A DNA stretch of 63,995 nucleotides, filler included, from Candidatus Babelota bacterium (GTDB lineage Bacteria; JAGOBX01), in assembly GCA_017999075.1 (NCBI GenBank). It is 11 parts of 11 records of this genome, joined end to end, with 100 filler letters (N's around TTAATTAATTAA, not from the genome) between each part and the next. Parts side by side here need not be neighbours in the genome. Positions count along the whole stretch, not along the records: positions 8,821 to 13,121 come from JAGOBX010000365.1; positions 13,222 to 17,514 come from JAGOBX010000366.1; positions 17,615 to 21,906 come from JAGOBX010000367.1; 8 more parts are not named here. The stretch is one strand, 5' to 3'. Position numbers and translations under genes: made by a program. The notes beneath the pieces are model-generated. The model searched no databases. It was given only the letters and a program-made list of their open reading frames with translations, and was not told the origin of the DNA. Positions 10,722 to 18,675 of this stretch are shown here, piece by piece (position 1 is the stretch's first letter; every line of letters begins with the position of its first letter).

Positions 10722-11434
10722 AAATTTCAAAAAATGTTCTTCATTATATATTTTTTGCAGGTATAACGGTAATATTTATAATTGTTACATACCTTTATTT
10801 CAACTTTGCCGGAAATCGCGAAAAAATAATGAAGGTGGTTTTAAGCAATATAACTTCAAATGAACCGGGATGTAGATTCAATCTGCAGGACGAAAAAAAA
10901 TTCAATTATTATGAAATTGAATTAAACGGTATGCAGGCAGGTTATATTTTGACAGATAAAATTAATAAATCAACTTTCATTCCTGAAAAATATTACCTTA
11001 TAACTCCAGAATTCGAATTAAACAATTGTTTTGAATTCAAGCATTCAATAGGAGATGTTTTGAAATGCGACACTCAGAATATCAATGAAATTCAGGGAAA
11101 AGACACTGAATTTTTTTTAGAATTTATAGAATATATAAAAACAATTTCAAATCCGTCTGAAAAAAAAAGCGGGGTATATACAGGTTCATCAGAAGGGGTT
11201 AAAGGATTAATTAAGGTAAAAGTAACTATTGACGGAAATAAAATTACTAAAATTGATATAATTGAATCTGCAGATGGTTCATATCCGGCTGGAAAAACCG
11301 CTCTTAAAATCATTCCTGAACGAATTATAGAAAAACAATCTTTTGAAATTGACGCGGTTTCAGGAGCTACTGTAACTTGTAAAGGGATTATTGAAGCAGT
11401 AAAAAATTCTCTGACAAAAAAAAATGAAAATTAA
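10718..11434 (+). CDS. Membrane-anchored FMN-binding (FMN_bind) protein
   Basis: N-terminal TM; C-terminal GVYTGSSEGVKGLIKVKVTI...DAVSGATVTCKGI with the [S/T]GA[S/T] flavinylation motif; ATGA overlap with the upstream gene. Confidence 0.88.
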   Translation: MKISKNVLHYIFFAGITVIFIIVTYLYFNFAGNREKIMKVVLSNITSNEPGCRFNLQDEKKFNYYEIELNGMQAGYILTDKINKSTFIPEKYYLITPEFELNNCFEFKHSIGDVLKCDTQNINEIQGKDTEFFLEFIEYIKTISNPSEKKSGVYTGSSEGVKGLIKVKVTIDGNKITKIDIIESADGSYPAGKTALKIIPERIIEKQSFEIDAVSGATVTCKGIIEAVKNSLTKKNEN

Positions 11435-12656
11435 AATAATATTAAAATGGGCATTATATTCTCTTATAAGGAACAGCAGGCGCTCAATTTTAACTGTTAT
11501 AATAATGGTGTTCGGACTGACTGCCATTATTTTTTTTCTCGGTCTTAAACGAGGAGTTTACAGCAGAATGATAGAAAACTCAACTTCGTTTTATATTTCC
11601 GATTTTCAGATTAATTCTATATTCAATAAATTCAGACCTGAAATCAGAATTGCAGAACCTGAAATATTAAAAAACAAAATCGAAGGTTCTGACAATTCTG
11701 TTAAATGCGCTTACCGCATATCAGAACCTGCAATCCTGCAATTTGATACATCAAGCCGCGCAATAACACTGATAGGGTTATCTACTGATAATGAAAAAAA
11801 AGTATCGAAAATAATGAATTCGGTTACTGAACTTGATAAAAACTTATTTGATTATTCAGTATCTGATGATTCAGGATGTGCAGGAATAATAATCGGCAAA
11901 TCGATGAAAGATTATTATAAAACTAAAATCGGTTCAGTTTCAAATATCATAATCAAAATAAATGGCAAAACAAAAAATCTAAAAATCAGAATCGCAGGTT
12001 TTTATTCAGCTCCTATGAACAGATTTGACGAACTTTTTGTTATTATGAATTACAGCAATTTATCAAAAATAACTGAACGCAATACTGCTGACGAATTTTC
12101 AATATCATGTAAAAATTCCAATAAAAAACAGGTATTTTCTTCAATTTCAAAAATAATATCCCGCGATTATAAATTGACTGAATGGTCTGATTTATTTCCT
12201 GATATAACTAAACTGATTGAATTAAATGATGCTGCAATGTTCGTAGTTTCAATCATAATTTACACCCTTGTTTTTATAGCTATAATCAATACAATGCTGA
12301 TGTCTTTCTATGACAAATTAAAAAATTTCGGTATGCTTATATGTTATGGAATAAGCCAGTTCACTCTTCTCATGATTATATTGACAGAATCGCTGATATT
12401 ATTTATTTTTTCATCTTTTTGCGGAACTGCATCTGCATTAGTACTAATATCGTATTTTAATTCTAACGGTATTGATTTATCAAAATTTTTATCTGATAAT
12501 CCTTATTTTATGATGGATATGCGTATATTTACTGAAATGCCCAGATCTGAACTAATATACTGTTATTCAGGTCTTTTGGCAGCTTCATTGGGCGCTGCTG
12601 TTATAGCAGGAAGAAAATTATTCAAAACTGATATATTAGATCTTCTGCATTTTTAA
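11424..12656 (+). CDS. ABC transporter permease, FtsX/MacB/LolE-like
   Basis: SLIRNSRRSILT start, large extracytoplasmic loop, IINTMLMS...FGML...G...ILTES, 4-TM topology. Confidence 0.82.
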   Translation: MKIKIILKWALYSLIRNSRRSILTVIIMVFGLTAIIFFLGLKRGVYSRMIENSTSFYISDFQINSIFNKFRPEIRIAEPEILKNKIEGSDNSVKCAYRISEPAILQFDTSSRAITLIGLSTDNEKKVSKIMNSVTELDKNLFDYSVSDDSGCAGIIIGKSMKDYYKTKIGSVSNIIIKINGKTKNLKIRIAGFYSAPMNRFDELFVIMNYSNLSKITERNTADEFSISCKNSNKKQVFSSISKIISRDYKLTEWSDLFPDITKLIELNDAAMFVVSIIIYTLVFIAIINTMLMSFYDKLKNFGMLICYGISQFTLLMIILTESLILFIFSSFCGTASALVLISYFNSNGIDLSKFLSDNPYFMMDMRIFTEMPRSELIYCYSGLLAASLGAAVIAGRKLFKTDILDLLHF

Positions 12657-12657
12657 A

Positions 12658-13121
12658 ATGAAAATAATTCTACAAAATGTTTCTAAAAAATATTATGCCG
12701 GTTCTGAAACAATTACTGCTTGTAAAATCGATGAACTTGTATTTTCAGGAGGAGGGATGTTTGCAGTAACAGGACCTTCTGCTTCCGGTAAAACCACTTT
12801 ACTAAACATAATTTCCGGTATTATAAAACCTGACAGCGGTTCTGTAAAAATCAGCGGCAATGATATTACAAAATTCAATTCCAGAAAAACTGCTGATTTC
12901 AGGTTAAAAAACATAGGGCTTATTTTTCAGGAGGATTTGCTTATTAATGAATTAACTGTACGAGAAAATCTTGAAATAATCCCGCAGCTAAGCGATATTA
13001 AAATAAAAATCGATCTATCTAGTTTTACTGATTTATTTCAAATTTCTCAGACTTTAGACAAGTTCCCTGCGCACTTGTCGAGAGGCCAGCGCCAGCGCGT
13101 TTCAGTCTTACGCTCACTATT
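12658..13121 (+). CDS. ABC transporter ATP-binding protein (LolD/MacB-like), 3'-truncated
   Basis: Walker A GPSASGKTT, Q-loop IGLIFQ, signature LSRGQRQRV. Confidence 0.9.
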
Positions 13122-13221
13122 NNNNNNNNNNNNNNNNNNNNNNNNNNNNNNNNNNNNNNNNNNNNTTAATTAATTAANNNNNNNNNNNNNNNNNNNNNNN
13201 NNNNNNNNNNNNNNNNNNNNN
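13122..13221. other. Artificial contig linker
   Basis: N44-TTAATTAATTAA-N44. Confidence 0.99.
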
Positions 13222-13792
13222 AATGCTGATAAACAACAATTTTATAACCTGAAAGACATCCCTGTTCAAAATTATCGGAATATCTTTTCATATATTGAAT
13301 TTCAGCTTCCTTATTTATTTTTTCCGTTATATTATCTTTATTCAATAAATTTCCTGAAGAATCAAATTTTTTAATAATGTACGGGTCATTTTGAAATTTA
13401 AGTTTATTGTATTCTTCAAGAATATTCTTTTCATCGCATTTTAATATCTCACCGTCAGGTAAATTGAATTTTATACCATTTCTGTCATCAGGGATATGAC
13501 TCCCTGTAACCATTATCCCCGCATTTTTTTTCAGCATGCTTATATAAACAAGCGCCGGAGTAGGTATATATCCGCAATAATCAATTTTCAGGTTTTCGTC
13601 TTTAATACCAGATATTACAGCCTTTATTATTCTTGGAGTGCTTGTTCTGTAGTCCCCGGCTATTGAAACCTCTTTTACTTCAAATTTATATTTGACATAT
13701 ATTGCAAATGCCCTGCTGAATAAATAACATTCAAGATCAGTCATCTCCGTCACTAATCCGCGGACTCCGCTTGTTCCGAATTTTAACGTCAT
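13222..13792 (-). CDS. Phosphomannomutase / alpha-D-phosphohexomutase family, 3'-truncated
   Basis: KFGTSGVRG start; phosphoserine motif MVTGSHIPDDRNGIKF. Confidence 0.9.
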
Positions 13793-13799
13793 ACTTTTT

Positions 13800-14876
13800 T
13801 TATCTCCATTTGAAATTTAATATTTTTTCCGGATTATCCGCATTTGCAGAATTCCATACTTTTATATTTTCCATACACAAATATATTACAGCTTTTTCAG
13901 TATATTTTCTTATTTTGTCAATAATAATACTATATACTCTTTCTCTTATAAAACGGGGATATCTGATTTTCCCATCTGTTCCCTTTATTAATTCTGCCTG
14001 ATATGTTTTGCTTTGTGGATTGTTTTTTTTTATTATTGGAATAAGTTCAGGCGCGCACCTGAAAGAACCTATACTGAACCACATAATCTTTTCAGCAGGA
14101 ATTTCAAAAAAAATTTTTTCTATCAAATCATTATAATCTTTTTCCCAGCCTTCATATATTATAACAGGATCAAAATGAAACCCTAAATTATAATTATGAT
14201 GAACCGCAGATTTTGCAGCAGCTAACCTGTTTTCCAATGAAGCTGCAAGCGGTTCTTCTGAAACAATTATTTTTTGAGGATTTACTGACCATGCAAATAC
14301 AGTTTTTTCATTTCCTTCAGAAAATGATTTTAATAAATGTCCGATATTATCTGTTTTTGTCTTAATTTCAAAATAAATCCTGTCAAATTTATTCATCATA
14401 TTAAGCAATTTTTCTGTTATCCCTGTATATTCGTCGAACAATAAACTATCGGAAAATTCTCCTGAACCTAATCTGTAAATTTTTTCTGGTTGAGAATTAT
14501 TAAGCAATTCATCAAGTTCATCCGGAATTTGTTCTATATTAGGATTAATTAAAATTATATTATTATTGACATATTGCTGCAAATAACAGTAAGAACATCC
14601 TATATAACAATTCTGTATTATATTTAAAACATAATATCCGCAAGGCTGAACATTAGATGTGCATGGACATTTTTTTAAAAATCTGCCTTTATTCTGTTTA
14701 AATACAATGGTATGTTTTCCGGATTCATAATTTAATTTTAAATTCAGATTTTTGATAAGAATTTCAAAATCCACAAAATATTCCGGTTCAATTTTGCGGC
14801 TGTAATTTTTTAAAAAATTCACAACCGCAAAATTTCCAATTAACGGCTCTTCAACATAAACACGGTCTATAATCAT
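13800..14876 (-). CDS. Spore photoproduct lyase (SplB)-like radical SAM protein
   Basis: NCYIGCSYCYLQ (CxxxCxxC), GEFSDSL, EIKTK, AWSVNP, RLAAA, GFHFDPVI, DGKIRYP, YLCME. Confidence 0.85.
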   Translation of the reverse strand: MIIDRVYVEEPLIGNFAVVNFLKNYSRKIEPEYFVDFEILIKNLNLKLNYESGKHTIVFKQNKGRFLKKCPCTSNVQPCGYYVLNIIQNCYIGCSYCYLQQYVNNNIILINPNIEQIPDELDELLNNSQPEKIYRLGSGEFSDSLLFDEYTGITEKLLNMMNKFDRIYFEIKTKTDNIGHLLKSFSEGNEKTVFAWSVNPQKIIVSEEPLAASLENRLAAAKSAVHHNYNLGFHFDPVIIYEGWEKDYNDLIEKIFFEIPAEKIMWFSIGSFRCAPELIPIIKKNNPQSKTYQAELIKGTDGKIRYPRFIRERVYSIIIDKIRKYTEKAVIYLCMENIKVWNSANADNPEKILNFKWR

Positions 14877-15757
14877 TATTTCTTGTCCATATATTTACCT
14901 ACAAAAAGTTTTACTTTATCATAAGTTTTTTTAGGGACTAAGTTTTTCGGAGTTACGATTGAAGTTGATAATGCGTGCGCGCAATGACATTCGCGATCTT
15001 CAGGTATAATCTTAATAGCTTCTTTAACTATTTTTTTTGCGGTTTCACTGTTAGTTTTCAATGTTTCAAGAACCGCATCGCAAGTAACAGCTTCTTCTTC
15101 TTCGCGCCAGCAGTCGTAATCAGTTGCAAGAGCTATGCTTGCGTAACATATCTCTGCTTCTCTCGCAAGTTTTGATTCAGGTATAACTGTCATTCCTATT
15201 ACACTTGCTCCCCAGCTTCTATGCAGATTTGATTCCGCTCTTGTAGAAAATAACGGTCCTTCCATACACACATAAATTCCGCCGTTATGAACTTTACACT
15301 TAACCTTCTTTGATGCCTGAAAAATTATTTTTCTCAATTTTTCACAGAAAGGTTCTGCAAAAGACACATGAACTACAAGACCATTCCCGAAAAAAGTTCC
15401 TGGTCTTTTATGTGTTTTGTCAATTACCTGATCCGGCAGAACTATATCTCTTGGAACTATTTTTTCTTTCAAGCTGCCTACTGCGCTTACCGCAAGAATA
15501 TATTCTACTCCCAAGCTTTTTAATGCCCATATATTAGCCTGCTGAGGGAGTTCCGATGGAAGAATTCTGTGTCCAACTCCATGTCTTGGAAGAAACGCTA
15601 CGCGTTTTCCTTCAAGAACTCCGGTAATTATCGCATCAGACGGATCCCCAAACGGAGTTTTTATTCTGATTTCTTTTTTGTTTTCAAAACCTTCAATGTT
15701 ATACAATCCTGTTCCGCCAATTATTCCTATTCTTATTTTTTCATTAGATTTAGCCAT
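14876..15757 (-). CDS. mtnP: S-methyl-5'-thioadenosine phosphorylase
   Basis: IGIIGGTGLY, TPFGDPS, FLPRHG..H, EGPLFSTRAES, GMT, LAREAEICY, ATDYDCW. Confidence 0.95.
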   Translation of the reverse strand: MAKSNEKIRIGIIGGTGLYNIEGFENKKEIRIKTPFGDPSDAIITGVLEGKRVAFLPRHGVGHRILPSELPQQANIWALKSLGVEYILAVSAVGSLKEKIVPRDIVLPDQVIDKTHKRPGTFFGNGLVVHVSFAEPFCEKLRKIIFQASKKVKCKVHNGGIYVCMEGPLFSTRAESNLHRSWGASVIGMTVIPESKLAREAEICYASIALATDYDCWREEEEAVTCDAVLETLKTNSETAKKIVKEAIKIIPEDRECHCAHALSTSIVTPKNLVPKKTYDKVKLFVGKYMDKK

Positions 15758-15795
15758 ATTTACCTCCGAAATTTTTTAAGTAATTTCATTATTTT

Positions 15796-15824
15796 ATTAT
15801 AGCATCACACTATAAATAATGCAA
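15796..15824 (-). promoter_or_regulatory. Sigma70 promoter with extended -10 for the mtnP operon
   Basis: Minus strand TTGCAT-17-TATAAT with TGn immediately before the -10; GGAGG RBS precedes mtnP. Confidence 0.7.
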
Positions 15825-15850
15825 TTTTTAAAACTATTTTTTTTATAATA

Positions 15851-17062
15851 TTATTTGAATGAACGCATTAATGTAAAAATCGGAAGTAATGTGGCAACAG
15901 CTATAAATCCTACTATTATGCCTATTATAAGAATAAGTATTGGCTCAAGCATAGAAGACATCCGTTTTACTTTTATTTCTATTTCATCATCGTAATACGA
16001 AGAAATAAACAGCATCAAATCATCAAGTTTTCCTGAAGATTCTCCGGCAGCTACCATCTTTAAAAATGTATCAGGAAAAATATCGGCGCTTGTCAATGAA
16101 TTTGTCAGCGTATCTCCTATTTCAATACTGTCAGCCGATTGTTTCACCACATTCCTTAAAATTTTATTATCGATTATCGTTTCTAAAACCCTCAAACTTT
16201 TTAAAAGAGGCACTCCGCTTTTATACATAAACCCGAGAATAGAACAAATATTTGTCAGCTGCGATATAAAATATAAATCTCCGAAAAAAGGTATTTTAAA
16301 TAAAAATCCGTGCCATTGTATTTGAAAATTTTCATTTTTTTTTATGAAATATTTAAAACAAAAAAATATTAATAATAATCCCAATATAAGATAATACCAG
16401 TAATTACTCATTATTTTACTCACTATGATAAGCATTTTAGTTATTACCGGAAGCTCAATGGATCTGGTTTGATAAATGCTGACAAATTTGGGCAGAATAA
16501 ATACTAAAATAAAACTTATCACTAATCCTGCAACTGAAATTACTACTGCCGGATATGTTACTGCTGTTTTAATATTTGATTTTGTTTGCTCTGTTTTTTG
16601 AAGTAAGACCGAAATCCTGTCCAGAACTAATTCCAATTGCCCGCTAACTTCTGCGGCTTCAATCATATTTATATTTGCAGGTTTAAAATACTGTTCATAT
16701 ACCCTTAAAGAATTACTGAATGAATCCCCGCTCTTAATTTTTTCTATAATGTTAGTAAGCACGCTTTGAAAATATTCATTTGATTTCATAAGTTTCGCAA
16801 TCGAATCCAGCGCTGAAATTAGAGGTATACCTGCTTTAACAAGTACTGATAATTGTCTGAAGAAAAAAAACATTTCATCGGATTTTATAGTTTTTGATTT
16901 AAATTTTAAAAATTTAAAATTTCGTTTTTCTTCTTTAATAGAAACAATATAATAATTGCAATTAATTAAATAAGTCCTTATTTTTTCAAGTGAATCTTCT
17001 TCTTTTTTTCCCTTTGCAAGTTTTCCGAATTTATCATAAACCCTGTAATAATATATTGGCAT
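15851..17062 (-). CDS. Type II secretion system F / type IV pilus PilC family platform protein
   Basis: FFRQLSVLVKAGIPL, AAEVSGQL, AVTYPAVV, AGESSGKLD, LEPILIL; two T2SSF domains. Confidence 0.93.
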   Translation of the reverse strand: MPIYYYRVYDKFGKLAKGKKEEDSLEKIRTYLINCNYYIVSIKEEKRNFKFLKFKSKTIKSDEMFFFFRQLSVLVKAGIPLISALDSIAKLMKSNEYFQSVLTNIIEKIKSGDSFSNSLRVYEQYFKPANINMIEAAEVSGQLELVLDRISVLLQKTEQTKSNIKTAVTYPAVVISVAGLVISFILVFILPKFVSIYQTRSIELPVITKMLIIVSKIMSNYWYYLILGLLLIFFCFKYFIKKNENFQIQWHGFLFKIPFFGDLYFISQLTNICSILGFMYKSGVPLLKSLRVLETIIDNKILRNVVKQSADSIEIGDTLTNSLTSADIFPDTFLKMVAAGESSGKLDDLMLFISSYYDDEIEIKVKRMSSMLEPILILIIGIIVGFIAVATLLPIFTLMRSFK

Positions 17063-17514
17063 CAGCGATCATCTTCCGTAACTCTGATAACTTCAGAGAT
17101 TGTTGTTACTCCTGCGCGTATGAGTCTCAATCCGTCTTCTCTCAATGTTAATGTTCCGAATCCTTTAGCAATATCATTTATTTTATGAGCATCTGATTTT
17201 TTAATGATTTCTGCCCTTAACGCGTCATTTGTGACTATTACTTCAAAAAGTCCTATTCTTCCTTTGTATCCTGTTTTATTGCATATATCGCATCCTGTAC
17301 CCTGATACAATATCAGATTCTGATAATTCATACCTATGTTTTCAAGAATACGGATTGTCTCAGGAGTTATTTCAACAGGACGTTTACAATTGACGCATAT
17401 TTTTCTAACCAGCCTTTGCGCTATCACACATTCTACTGAGGTAGCAATTAAATAAGGTTCAATCTCCATATTAACCAAACGGTTGAAGGAACTTGCAGCA
17501 TTGAGAGTGTGGAG
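17062..17514 (-). CDS. GspE/PilB family secretion ATPase, C-terminal fragment
   Basis: LHTLNAASSFNRLVNM, AQRLVRKICVNC, GCDICNKTGYKGRIGLFE, GVTTISEVIRV; open to the contig edge. Confidence 0.92.
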   Translation of the reverse strand, partial: LHTLNAASSFNRLVNMEIEPYLIATSVECVIAQRLVRKICVNCKRPVEITPETIRILENIGMNYQNLILYQGTGCDICNKTGYKGRIGLFEVIVTNDALRAEIIKKSDAHKINDIAKGFGTLTLREDGLRLIRAGVTTISEVIRVTEDDR

Positions 17515-17614
17515 NNNNNNNNNNNNNNNNNNNNNNNNNNNNNNNNNNNNNNNNNNNNTTAATTAATTAANNNNNNNNNNNNNNNNNNNNNNNNNNNNNN
17601 NNNNNNNNNNNNNN
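17515..17614. other. Artificial contig linker
   Basis: N44-TTAATTAATTAA-N44. Confidence 0.99.
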
Positions 17615-17754
17615 TTATTTTGCTTATAAATATTATCGGACAGCCTTCCTGAAAATCCATATTCTACAAATCCATTAAACGGAAATACCGATTCTTCAGC
17701 TTTTACTGAATTTACAAATAAAACAAATGAAAAAATCAACAAATATATTTTCAT
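17615..17754 (-). CDS. Exported, probably outer-membrane, protein; N-terminal fragment
   Basis: AGGAG RBS, signal peptide ending VKA-EE, FNGFVE beta-strand start; follows the LolA-like gene. Confidence 0.55.
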
Positions 17755-17810
17755 TATAAAAAACTCCTGCTGTAATTAAAATATAAATTTAAATTTGTAT
17801 TTACATAATG

Positions 17811-18614
17811 TTACTTTTTTATTAAATCCATAGGCGGACGGCGTAAAAACCGTTCAGAAAAAATTTCATCAGGAACATTTATATTATATTTAACATTTGA
17901 AAATTTCGATATTGTTACGCTGCCTGTTTCAATATTTTCAACCTGGGATTCAACAACAGTAGGAATATTCTGAATATTTTCAATTTTAACAGCCGCCACT
18001 TTCCGATAAACTTTTTCACCTTTATAATATTCTGCTTTTTCAGGAATAAACGTAGTTTTATTTATCCATATAAAATAATGAGAAAATTCAACAGATTTCT
18101 TATCTTTAGGCACACATTTCAAAACATAATAATTTCCTTCTTTTCTTGATATTGAATATTCATCCTCGCTAATATTTCTGCCAGATACATCCTCATACAC
18201 AAAATCAGAACCTACAAAACTTGTACGTTTGTCACTTGATGCAATTCGTTTCACCAAATCAAGATTAGCCATGTACAGCCATCTGTCGTCGTCTTTAGTT
18301 ATATGTTTTAACACAAGAAAAACCATTTTTCTCACATCAGCAGGTTTATGAAAATATACATAAAAATTCTGGTCTTCTCCTTCTTTAATATTTTTTCGGA
18401 TTACAGTAAACATACGTTCACGCTGACGTCCCTGATTATCTTTGATAATCATATTAACATCTGATTTCCCGTCTTTTCCGGCATAATATGCCGCAATATT
18501 AGCTTTCTTAACGATTTCTTCGACGGATAAATCCTGAGAATATACCGGAAATATATCCCATATAAAAATCAAGTTTGCCATAATAACCATAATAAAATAA
18601 AATAATCTTTTCAT
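17811..18614 (-). CDS. Outer membrane lipoprotein-sorting (LolA-like) protein
   Basis: Signal peptide; FHKPADVRKMVFL, DDDRWLY, KRIASSDKRTSFVGSDFVYED, IFSERFL. Confidence 0.85.
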   Translation of the reverse strand: MKRLFYFIMVIMANLIFIWDIFPVYSQDLSVEEIVKKANIAAYYAGKDGKSDVNMIIKDNQGRQRERMFTVIRKNIKEGEDQNFYVYFHKPADVRKMVFLVLKHITKDDDRWLYMANLDLVKRIASSDKRTSFVGSDFVYEDVSGRNISEDEYSISRKEGNYYVLKCVPKDKKSVEFSHYFIWINKTTFIPEKAEYYKGEKVYRKVAAVKIENIQNIPTVVESQVENIETGSVTISKFSNVKYNINVPDEIFSERFLRRPPMDLIKK

Positions 18615-18675
18615 ATAAAAAACCTCCTGAATTTTTTTTTACTTTCATTTTTTCATATAGTTTTTGACACTATCA

